Shown here one piece after another: positions 36,346-46,000 of a DNA stretch of 55,441 bases (positions within the stretch are counted from its first letter, which is position 1; each line of letters starts with the position of its first letter). The notes below the pieces were generated by a model, which was not told the DNA's origin, did no database searches, and saw only the letters and a program-made list of their open reading frames with translations. The stretch is from a virus (Duplodnaviria; Caudoviricetes), in the IMG/VR virus record IMGVR_UViG_3300032327_000488, positions 1 through 55,441 of that record, one strand, 5' to 3'. A program made the translations under genes and the position numbers.

Positions 36346-37347
36346 TCACCATCCGTTCTGTTCAGAAATGTACGCGTCATACGCGTCCGGGTTAGCAGCG
36401 AACATTGCAGTCGAAGCCTGCTCAAGCGAGAAATCCCCAGCAGACTTAGTGACCATCTCCGAAGCCAAACCATTCACGCGATCGTAAATGGAGTTCGAAG
36501 CACCACCAGCGAGGCCAACCTCGTCATAGATCGCGTCACCGGCAGCAGTCAGAACATGGTCAAGAATGTCCAACTCCTCATCAGTGAGGACCGAAGCAGC
36601 AGCCTTCAAAATCGGACCAAACACTCCAGGGTGAACCGGGAGGTTGTACTCAGCAGCCTTAGCAATAAACGCCTCAGTCACACGCTCATCCTGAAGCATC
36701 GCCAGTTCATCCTGCGCCGCCTGAGCCTGAGACTTAGCAATCTCAACCTCGTCCAACGCCTTAGCGATAATGAACTCACGGTCAGACTCAGAAACAGCCT
36801 TCGAAAGCTGCTCAAGCACCGAATCGCCCAAAGACTTGCCGACACCGTCACCGTCACGGTCACGCATCATGTACGCTCCTCCTCCACCAACACCAACACC
36901 AGCAGCGGTGCCAGCAGCAATCTTTTTACCATTCTTACGCGCACCAAAACCTACACGTTGCGCCATCGGGTTAAGCTTCGCAGCACCCTCAGCAGACGGT
37001 CCGCTAGTAATCTCGCCCTTCATGCCAGTCTTAAACTGGTTAGCGGCAGTACGCAAACCACTCATTGAAAGCGCCTTACCAATTTCGTCATCGTCGTCTT
37101 CGTCATCCGCAACGAAAACAAACTCATTACCAGCCTCATCGAAGACAGTGTCGCCATGTTCCAGATCATCCTCATCAACAGGAAGCCCAGTATCGGTGTA
37201 CAGATCTGTCACGCGACTCTCCTCAATCATGTCAGCGGCATTCGCAGCCTTAGAAAACGCAATCAAACCGTGCTGGTTAGCAGGACGGTCAACAGAAGAA
37301 ACCTCATCAAACTCGAGGTCAAACAGCTTGTTCACTTTCCTACCCAT
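36346..37347 (-). CDS. Scaffold protein carrying the N-terminal protease strand EVSSVDRPAN and an internal cationic cassette
   Basis: Acidic and helical; C-terminal NPDAYDAY capsid-binding-like helix; several xxK|A/S motifs; start placed at MGRKV. Confidence 0.75.
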   Translation of the reverse strand: MGRKVNKLFDLEFDEVSSVDRPANQHGLIAFSKAANAADMIEESRVTDLYTDTGLPVDEDDLEHGDTVFDEAGNEFVFVADDEDDDDEIGKALSMSGLRTAANQFKTGMKGEITSGPSAEGAAKLNPMAQRVGFGARKNGKKIAAGTAAGVGVGGGGAYMMRDRDGDGVGKSLGDSVLEQLSKAVSESDREFIIAKALDEVEIAKSQAQAAQDELAMLQDERVTEAFIAKAAEYNLPVHPGVFGPILKAAASVLTDEELDILDHVLTAAGDAIYDEVGLAGGASNSIYDRVNGLASEMVTKSAGDFSLEQASTAMFAANPDAYDAYISEQNGW

Positions 37348-37426
37348 AGAACTAATCATGGAGCACAACTCCCGCCTGCGCGATAGGGATACGCCATAAA
37401 TATTTTACAAACAACAAAAAAGTAGA

Positions 37427-38653
37427 TCAGTTCCACGGCTGATTACGACGAGAAACACCGCGACCATACACAGCAGCAGAACCAGCACCCAAACCACCAG
37501 CAAGACCAGCAGCAATCAAACCACGCTTTGAACCACGAACACCATAAAACTTACGGCCATCAACAACCTTATTAGCCGAAAGAAACTCCCCGCCGCGACC
37601 TGCAATAGAGCCAGCAGCAACAGAACCACCACCAAGAACACCAGCGTACATTCCCATGCGACGTTGACGGTCGCTTTCCGGATCAAAATGCCGAGCCTTA
37701 CCATACATAGCGTACGAAGGCTCTTGACTAGCAGGCTGCTTCTTACGGCCAGTAGCCATCAGCGCGCCAGCACCTGTAGCACCAGCACCCACACCAATCT
37801 TCGTTTTAAGACTAGCGTTACCAAACTTTTCCTTAGCCGCAGCACCAACGCGCTCACGGCCACTCATGCTAGCGAAACGCTCCGAACGAGCACGCTGCGC
37901 ATTAGCCAGCGCCCTATCCTTCGCCGCACGCTCCATTGACCCAACATTAGTACCACCAGCGCGAGCCGATTGTGACGCTTGGACAGCAGCGCGACGCTCA
38001 CCAATCGTTTGACCAGTAGGAGTCTTACGAGCCGAAACCAAAGCGTCACGACGAGCCTGCTTCGCCTCAGCCACAGCGGGACCCCGCTGCGCCCGCTCAA
38101 AACGGCGAGCCAAACGCGCATCAACAAGTTTCCCCTGCGAACGCGCAGACCCAGCAACAGCATTCGCTGACGGCCCAGTAACAGCACCCATATGAGAAAT
38201 AGTGCGAGCAAACTTAATCTGAGAAAGCGGATTAGCTTTTCTTACCTCAACAATACGACGACCAGACCCATTACGAGGATCAACACCCAAATAAGACATA
38301 CCCTTAACCACCTTAGATTCGCTAGCCTGCCGAGCCTGACGATGTAACGCACGAGCCGACAAAGCATCACTAGCCAACTCAGCGGTATGCAAAACACCCC
38401 AACCACCAAGCGACGCCAAAGCCGCCCTCTTCGGATCCTTAAAAGCACGACCAATGCCGGGAACTTTCCGCAAACGCCCAACAACCTTACCCGCGGAAGG
38501 AACATCAGACGCAGGAGTCTTCACCGCACGCTTAATTTCCTTACCCGTCAAATACGCGGCATGCAAACCACCAGCAGTCGCCACACCGTTCAACACTTGG
38601 CCGGTGCGAGCCTCCTTCAAAGAAGGAGTGCCAGAAGAAACACCGCCGCTCAT
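37427..38653 (-). CDS. Cationic multi-cassette glycine-zipper protein (putative head cargo polyprotein)
   Basis: Arg/Ala/Gly-rich; several GxxxG hydrophobic helices; VVK|G, VRK|A and YGK|A separators. Confidence 0.7.
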   Translation of the reverse strand: MSGGVSSGTPSLKEARTGQVLNGVATAGGLHAAYLTGKEIKRAVKTPASDVPSAGKVVGRLRKVPGIGRAFKDPKRAALASLGGWGVLHTAELASDALSARALHRQARQASESKVVKGMSYLGVDPRNGSGRRIVEVRKANPLSQIKFARTISHMGAVTGPSANAVAGSARSQGKLVDARLARRFERAQRGPAVAEAKQARRDALVSARKTPTGQTIGERRAAVQASQSARAGGTNVGSMERAAKDRALANAQRARSERFASMSGRERVGAAAKEKFGNASLKTKIGVGAGATGAGALMATGRKKQPASQEPSYAMYGKARHFDPESDRQRRMGMYAGVLGGGSVAAGSIAGRGGEFLSANKVVDGRKFYGVRGSKRGLIAAGLAGGLGAGSAAVYGRGVSRRNQPWN

Positions 38654-38913
38654 CCCAACATCTCCAACGGCGAATACGCCAAACCACGAGCACCAACAAA
38701 AGCGTAAGCATTCCGAGACCCCTGGCGACGCTCAGCCCGCGAAAGCTTACGACCCATCAACGCAGCACCGTTATCAAGCATGATCCGGCTAGACGCAAAC
38801 ATCGCCAACGGCGAAACAGGATCCGAAGACACACGACTCGACGGAATACCAATCGACGGCATAATCAAATCATCCGGCATACGCCCATAAGAACGAGGCT
38901 CAAACAAAGCCAT
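38650..38913 (-). CDS. Hypothetical protein
   Basis: 87 aa; coupled to both neighbours (TAATG, ATGA). Confidence 0.6.
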   Translation of the reverse strand: MALFEPRSYGRMPDDLIMPSIGIPSSRVSSDPVSPLAMFASSRIMLDNGAALMGRKLSRAERRQGSRNAYAFVGARGLAYSPLEMLG

Positions 38914-39644
38914 TAGATTTCAGCCTCAACACGCTTACCGCGACCATGAACACTAAACCCAGTCTTACGACCAGCCTTAATATCAGCCCACGTATCCCCC
39001 TCCTCATACTGGTAACCAACCCACCAGCCACGAGGAGTATCCGCAGGCAACCCCATCTTCTCAATCTTCTCATCAGTCACAACAAAAGACTCAATCATCT
39101 CGCCAGCCTTCACAGCATTACCAAACTCATCACGCTTATGCTGCGTACCACCAACACGAGACTTTTGAACATACGTATACGCCGCACGCTCCAACTCGTC
39201 CGGAGTAATCCAATCACCCTGCAAATCAACCACAGGCTGACCATCAACCTCCACAACAGAAGCCCACCCAAAAGCCTGACGCTTATCCGAATCAAGCTTA
39301 GAAAACTCGCCACTCCACACCACGTCATACGACTTCACAACAGTCCCCGAAGACACAGGAGACGCAGGCTTCTTCGCCATCGGCGCTGGCTGAGGCGCAG
39401 TCTTCACCGCGGCAGGCTTCGGCATCGGCGGCTTCGGAACCAAAACACCACGCGAAGGCTTACTCACACCAGTCGGCACAGAAACATCAGACGGAGCAGG
39501 ACTCATCTTCGACACAGCATCCCGGTCATACAAATAAGACCACACGTCAGCACTATCCACCGTCGGACCAAACAACGTGTCACACAGTGCAACAAAATTA
39601 GGATCCACCTCGTAAAGAGACTTCACCACACGACGCGAATCCAT
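38913..39644 (-). CDS. Prohead maturation protease (XkdF-like, S78 clan)
   Basis: K.D..KR.AFGWASV...VDLQGD.I...ELERAAY.Y...QH...ESFV...GWWVG...W..IK.G..TGFSVHG; GGAGG RBS before ATG 39644. Confidence 0.88.
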   Translation of the reverse strand: MDSRRVVKSLYEVDPNFVALCDTLFGPTVDSADVWSYLYDRDAVSKMSPAPSDVSVPTGVSKPSRGVLVPKPPMPKPAAVKTAPQPAPMAKKPASPVSSGTVVKSYDVVWSGEFSKLDSDKRQAFGWASVVEVDGQPVVDLQGDWITPDELERAAYTYVQKSRVGGTQHKRDEFGNAVKAGEMIESFVVTDEKIEKMGLPADTPRGWWVGYQYEEGDTWADIKAGRKTGFSVHGRGKRVEAEI

Positions 39645-39707
39645 ACAAACCTCCACCTAGGGCTAGTCTTATCATCCCGCACAAAAGTAACAGACGCCAC
39701 CAAGGAA

Positions 39708-42074
39708 TCAGTATTCCCCGGGCAGACTTACCGTCACCAAACGGATAGGAACGTTACCAATATCCCCCAACTCACGCCGCGACATAGTAAACGCCTCCGC
39801 CAATGACTCCTTCGCAAATGGACTTTCGTGAATTGCTATACGAACGTCCTTGTTAGTCCGAAACGCCTTCAACGCGGCGTCAGAACCGGTAACAAAAACC
39901 GGGGGATCTCCGGGGTCGTAAGCAACCCGTACGGCTACAACTTTCCCGTCCACAGAATCAACACGTACACCGCTGCTCAAAGCAGTGTACGGAGATTCCA
40001 TGCGTTCGCGGGCGTAATGATCCTCTTGAATTTCTACAGCACGATCCTGCACTTGTGCAAGGCTTCCGGAATCTGCCGAAACACGCTGTTCAAACAAAAC
40101 CTCGCCTTCTGATCCATTACCGACGCTAATGTAGTTGTGCATTAGATTAGAAAAACGCGTCAACGGGCTGTCCTCAAAAACATACCCAGGATCTTTCATG
40201 CGAGCAGTGAACGTAGCCCCAAGAACCCTATCTAGGTCGTTTACAGCAAGGCTGGTACGTGAATCTTCACCCGCAAGCATGTCCATGAAATGGGCAGACG
40301 ACATCTGGTAACCCTTAGCTTTGCCATAATCAAGCCTCTCAAAAACTTGCGTAGACGGTTGAGGCGTTGCGGCAGTCTTTCGACGCGCAGGACGTTTCGG
40401 TGTGCCCGCAGACGCCACAGCAGGTTTAATTACAGTCTCAACAGGAATAGCATGCTCGCGAACAGCATGTTCCCTAACCGCATGCTCCCTAACGGCATGT
40501 TCGCGAACAGCATGCCGAGGCTGAAAAGCCTCCCGGCTTTTAGCAGGTAACAGCGCAGACAAATCAGTCAACGTAGGAGAAACCTTTTTCTCCTGCCGAG
40601 CGACAGGCCGATTAGCTCGCTCCAAACGAGCGAGACGCTCTAACCGCGGATCCACGTCAGCAAACTTCCCATCCGCGTCCCGCTCAACATTGACCATCCG
40701 CAACTTGCCATCCACACGCCACTGCTCGCGCGACTTACCAAGCTCCTCACCGTCGTACGTAAAACGCCACTGCTGAGGAACCAAAGCATAGTGTCCAACA
40801 GGAGTATCTCTGCCAGAAAACATCACAGGATCCGGATTGCTGTCCTGAAAAGAAAAACGCGCCTGATTCGGAACAGAGAAACCTTCACCATCAGTGCCGC
40901 CATCATAAATCGGCACAGCGCCCGAAATGATCAACATTCCCATAGGCTCACCGCTTTCCATCATCAAGTTAGACCACGCACCCGAGTCGCTCTCAACAAT
41001 CCTACGATCAGAAAAATACAACTCGGTGGCTAACTGATTCTCAATAAGCAAACGCTTCACGTCACCAGCAGTAAAACCATCCTTCTCAAACTGCTGCAAC
41101 AGTCGAATAGGGACATAAGCGATGTGATCCTTCACGTCATGCGCGACATGAAAAGGCTGCTCAACAATCTTCGCTTTAAGCTCCCTCTGCGTAACAGCCC
41201 TAGGAAGCTTACTTAAAGATGGAGTTTTCCTAGCCTTCGGCTCTTTCGGTTTAGCAACATCAGGCTTAGCGTGCTCACGAACAGCATGCTCTCGCTTAGC
41301 ATGTTCCCTTGTTGCGTGTTCGCGAACAGCGTTCGGTCGCTGTTCAGCCTTTAGATCAAACAAAGACATCAAATCAGACAGCGCAGGTTTCTTATCCTCA
41401 CGCTTCATAGGAACGGCATTAGAACGCTGCAACCGCTCTAAACGAGCAAGCCGTTCAACATCCTCAGCAGAACGACCAGGCTTCACCGCAAACTTACCTT
41501 CAGGATCCCTCCGATGATCTTCCTCACGGAAACGAACAGCCTTCGACACTTCCGCGCTCGACTCTCGAGCACCCACATATGAAGCAAAATCCATCAAAGA
41601 ACGATCAGCCGCATCAACACGCACCACAGGAGACACCACAGGAGCCTTCACAGCATTCACATACGAACCAACACGCTTCGCAGGAACGCCCACCACATCA
41701 GCAGCACGCTCCACCGCAAAAGGCATCGGAACACCCGCAGAAGACCACACAGTCAACACATGAGAAACACCCTCAACAGCATCCTGATGAATCTGCGACG
41801 CCAACAACCGACCATACTCGCTCGAAGCATCACCCATCACCGGCTCAACAGCCGCAGACAACGCCTTCGCAACGGGAGAAAAATCGGCGCTATTCAACGC
41901 GTCAACGACATCAGCCGCATCAACCAGCGAACGACCCGTCAAACCACCCAACGCCGACTTCGCAAGCGCGTGATACCCCAACACAGCCGAACCCACACCC
42001 TGCACCACGTCACGGCCATCAATACCAGCCAGAACAACGCGAGCCGCGCCCTCATCATCCCACCAGCGGTCCAT
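39708..42074 (-). CDS. Large head-associated protein with an internally duplicated module and REHA repeats
   Basis: Two copies of K|..RD..GKF..ERLARLER...L.DL..L...(REHA[VKT])n. Confidence 0.75.
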   Translation of the reverse strand: MDRWWDDEGAARVVLAGIDGRDVVQGVGSAVLGYHALAKSALGGLTGRSLVDAADVVDALNSADFSPVAKALSAAVEPVMGDASSEYGRLLASQIHQDAVEGVSHVLTVWSSAGVPMPFAVERAADVVGVPAKRVGSYVNAVKAPVVSPVVRVDAADRSLMDFASYVGARESSAEVSKAVRFREEDHRRDPEGKFAVKPGRSAEDVERLARLERLQRSNAVPMKREDKKPALSDLMSLFDLKAEQRPNAVREHATREHAKREHAVREHAKPDVAKPKEPKARKTPSLSKLPRAVTQRELKAKIVEQPFHVAHDVKDHIAYVPIRLLQQFEKDGFTAGDVKRLLIENQLATELYFSDRRIVESDSGAWSNLMMESGEPMGMLIISGAVPIYDGGTDGEGFSVPNQARFSFQDSNPDPVMFSGRDTPVGHYALVPQQWRFTYDGEELGKSREQWRVDGKLRMVNVERDADGKFADVDPRLERLARLERANRPVARQEKKVSPTLTDLSALLPAKSREAFQPRHAVREHAVREHAVREHAVREHAIPVETVIKPAVASAGTPKRPARRKTAATPQPSTQVFERLDYGKAKGYQMSSAHFMDMLAGEDSRTSLAVNDLDRVLGATFTARMKDPGYVFEDSPLTRFSNLMHNYISVGNGSEGEVLFEQRVSADSGSLAQVQDRAVEIQEDHYARERMESPYTALSSGVRVDSVDGKVVAVRVAYDPGDPPVFVTGSDAALKAFRTNKDVRIAIHESPFAKESLAEAFTMSRRELGDIGNVPIRLVTVSLPGEY
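40450..40515 (-). repeat. Pentapeptide (REHAV)n coding repeat; second array at about 41269-41330
   Basis: RHAVREHAVREHAVREHAVREHAI and NAVREHATREHAKREHAVREHAK. Confidence 0.85.
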
Positions 42075-42097
42075 CAACAACCCTCACATAGACAAAA

Positions 42098-43078
42098 CTA
42101 TGCGTTCACATTAGCAGCACGCAGACGCTGAGCCCGATACTGAGCAACACCCAACTCAACATCCTCCGCCGTAATACGCGTCAAATCAGCGTCCTCAGCA
42201 TTAGCAACCCGGCGCACATGCGCCTGCCTAATCGCCTGAACAATGTTGCGGGCATTACGAGCATTACCCTCACCCAACTCACTCACCGCAGAACCAACCA
42301 ACTCCGCAGCCCGCTTATCAAGCTTGTAATCACCCTTCTTGAAAAACAGCCCAGCAATCTTCGTCAAATCCTTAGACGAATAATCAGGGAACTCAATGCT
42401 GGTAGTGAACCGCGACTCCAAGCCCGGGTTCGTCGCAAGAAACTCACCCATCTGCTTCGGATAACCAGCAAGAATAACCACCGTGTCATCACGATGGTTC
42501 TCCATCAACTCAAGCAACGTATCCACAGCCTGACGGCCATACATATCATCCTTGCCCTGAACAAGCGCATACGCCTCGTCAATAAACAACACGCCACCAC
42601 GAGCCTTATCAAACTGCTCCTGCACCAGCGTCTGAGTCTCACCCAGATGCGTACCAATCAACTCCGACTTCTTCGGCGCAACAAACTTATCCGAAGGAAC
42701 CAAACCAAGAGCCTTATACAATGGAGCAATAGAACGAGCAATCTCCGTCTTACCCGTACCCGGATTACCCACAAAAATCATGTGCTTAGTGTCCTGCTCA
42801 ACAGGCAAACCTTCCGCCTCACGACGACGGTTATACACACTCGTCGCAATCAGCGTATTCACCTGCTGCTTCACCTTCGACATACCAATCATCGAACCAA
42901 TGCCGGAAACAATCTCCGTCACCTTGTCGTAATCAATATCAGAAAGATCCGGCTCCCCTACACCAGAGGAAGACCCACCGCTTTCCGCAACATCACGTCC
43001 ACCGAGCGCGGGTGATCCCGCGGCAACACGCGCACCCGTCGGGACGAGAGCCCCTTCGCGAGGGGCTGCACTTTTGGG
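42098..43078 (-). CDS. CbbX/SpoVK/EccA-type AAA+ ATPase, probably expressed as a -1 frameshift fusion with the upstream ORF
   Basis: Walker A GNPGTGKT, Walker B VLFIDEAY, VVILAGY and NPGLESRF; the frame is open upstream of the annotated GTG (42922) to the slippery site. Confidence 0.85.
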   Translation of the reverse strand, partial: PKSAAPREGALVPTGARVAAGSPALGGRDVAESGGSSSGVGEPDLSDIDYDKVTEIVSGIGSMIGMSKVKQQVNTLIATSVYNRRREAEGLPVEQDTKHMIFVGNPGTGKTEIARSIAPLYKALGLVPSDKFVAPKKSELIGTHLGETQTLVQEQFDKARGGVLFIDEAYALVQGKDDMYGRQAVDTLLELMENHRDDTVVILAGYPKQMGEFLATNPGLESRFTTSIEFPDYSSKDLTKIAGLFFKKGDYKLDKRAAELVGSAVSELGEGNARNARNIVQAIRQAHVRRVANAEDADLTRITAEDVELGVAQYRAQRLRAANVNA

Positions 43079-46000
43079 GAACCACCCCCCGCAGGATCCA
43101 TCACATCAATCACTTCACGCACGCGCTTCAAAGCACGCGCCTGCTGAAACAGCAACGCCTGAGCAGCAACAGCAGACGGCTCAAAATCAGACGGACCCGG
43201 ATTATTCTTACCCGTCAAAAGTTGCAAACCCTCCGGAGGGATCCCGGACATTTGAGCCATCTTCGGCAAAAGACTAGCCGGGTTGCTCACAACCTCAGAG
43301 CGCGCCTTCTCCCATGCGTCAGGCAAACCCTTCAACGCAGTAAAAAGAGACTCAGTATCAGAAGGCACCGGAAGAAGAGCAATAGCCCTACCCGGACCAG
43401 CCTCAAACGCATTCAACTGCGCACGGTTAGTAATACCAACAAGATTACTCGTCAACTGCGGCTTAGCCCCCATATAGAACGGGTCATCGCCCACACCGCT
43501 AAACGGATTAATCAAATTAGAAGCAGAAACAAGATCATCTACCAAAGACACCACATACTTGCCCGCGTCTGAAGATGACTTAGCGCCACCAAACGCCTCA
43601 CTCATTGAAGAATCATGCGCAATAACATCGTCCTTAACGGACGGACCAAACAAATAACGGAACGCGCTCGTCATAGCTTTAGAATCAGACGCCACACGCA
43701 AAGCAACCGGGTCAGACTCAATCAAAGACCGCAACTCACGCGGATCCTTCAGCAAAAACGCAGCCATCGCATTCGAATCACCAGAATCAACCGCGTCCCG
43801 CCACGAATCATGCGCCGGTTGAACCGTATTCACACTAGAAACCGTAGAGTTCAACGCCGTATAAGCCTGATTCACCGCAGTCTTAGCAGGAGCGTCATAC
43901 AACTTCAAACGATCCAACAACGGAGCCGAACGCTGCGCAGAAGGCGCACTCGGCGCATCAGGCGACTTAGGCTCCTCAGAAGACTTAGGCGTAGACGAAC
44001 TACTAACTCCGCCAGAAGAACTACTAGTCGCACCGCTAGCCGCAGGCTTCTTATAACCAACCGACGGACGCAACTGGCCAGCAGGCGTATACCCGCGATC
44101 CCGACGCGAAGAAGACTGCAACACCGCGCCCACACGATCATCAGCGCCACGCGACGTCAAAAAGCCAGAACCCTCACGACCAGTACGACCAGTCGCAAGC
44201 GGCTCATACGACACATTCCGAATGAAATACGGAAACTGCTGCTGCAACGTCTTCAAAGCAACCTCATACCCGGCAGCATTCAACGCCAAATCCTGAACAG
44301 ACTCATTTTGGCGCTCAAACTTGATCTCGTCATATACGTCAGCAACACGACGAGCCTGTTCCTGGCCACTCAAACGAGCAAAACCCGGCTCCTTACGAGC
44401 AGCAGCCTCAGCCTCAGCTTGAACTTCCTCCGGATTAATACCCGAACGCTGCTCATCACGCTTCTCATCCAAAATACGGTTACGAATCTTCGTACGCTCA
44501 TCGTTCGTATCCGCACTGGCAGGCAAATTAGACGTCAACAGCCTCGCCGTACGATCCGCGTCGTCATAAACCTGCGGAGAAACATCCTTCAAATACATGC
44601 CCGAATTGTTGACAGCATCAAGAATCTTCAAATAACGCCCGTAAATCTGGCGAGCCTTATCAGAATTACCCCGCGCTCCACGAAAGTTCGGATCAAACTC
44701 AAGAGAAAACACACCAGACGAAGAAACAACAGTCGCCATACGTGCACCAGAAGACACAGACGCGTAAATGTCCTCACCCGTCAAACCACCAGCCACCCGC
44801 GTACGAACATACTGACCACCACGCAAAGCAGCCATGTTCTTCAAATTAAACGGCAAATAATGGTCATCAGCGTAACCAACCGACTGCGACACCACCTTAC
44901 CGTCCGCATCAATCAGCACACCCTGACTCGGCAAAACATGCCCAGACGCCTCACTCAAACGCGCCGTAAAAGAATCAGTCGGCAAAGTACGCGCAAGATG
45001 CGCCGCCGCAACATCCGACTGCACCTGCAACGCCAACTGATCACCAGAAGCATCACGACGACGAGCCAAATACGCGCCCGTCACAATGCCACGACCACGC
45101 AAACCCTGCTCATCATCAAAAGCAGAACCAGCAACATTACCATCAGCAATAGCACGCACCGACTTCATATCCTGGCTAGCGAACTCTTGGCGAAGCGAAG
45201 CATCCGGAGTCTTCTCAGTCCCACGATACCGATACGCAGACTGACGAACATACGGACCCAACACTTCCTCAGCCTCAGGACCAAGAGTGCCCACAAGACC
45301 AGCAAACCCAGCAGCTTTCGCGTTACCCGTAGCAGCCAAAATGTTAGACGCGCCCCTCATACGGTCAAACAACACCGCAGAACCAGACTCATCAACACCG
45401 CGGCGACCAAACGTCTGCTTAAAAGAACCACTATCCAACGCTGTAGTCGCAGCATCCCCGCCAACATAACCAAACGTATTAAAACGAGCCACACGCTTCT
45501 GAGCAGCCGACGAAGCATCCGGAGAAACAGCCACCTCAAGAGAAATGATCTGATCACTCAACGGATTCAACGTCATCGCCACGTCATTCGGCAAACCATT
45601 ACGCGCAGCACTCAAAGGAAAAGACAACGAAGGTTGCATCTTCTGACCATCACGCAAAACCTCCATCTCAACCATGATTCCCTTAGAATCACCGCCGAAC
45701 TGGCGATACAACTCCTTCGCATGACCAGACGCCTGCTCATACTGAGACTGATGCTCGTCCAACTTGCGCTTCTCTTCCGGACTATCCTTCACGCCATCCG
45801 AATACTTACCATCAGCAATATTTCCAGTCGCCACAATCGCAGGCGACAAACCAGCACCAGCGCCAAGCGCAGACGTCTTACGTTGCGTATCCACCACACG
45901 ACCAAAACGACCAGTCGCAGGATCCCGCTCAACAAAAACCTGCTTCTTCTTACCGTTCATATTCCACATCTCGCCAAAACGAGCCTTAGAAATGAACTCC

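Noticed and set aside
42098-42922. AAA ATPase as a RuBisCO activase (CbbX) auxiliary metabolic gene
   Set aside because: No carbon-fixation context; it sits in the head module and appears fused to a cargo protein
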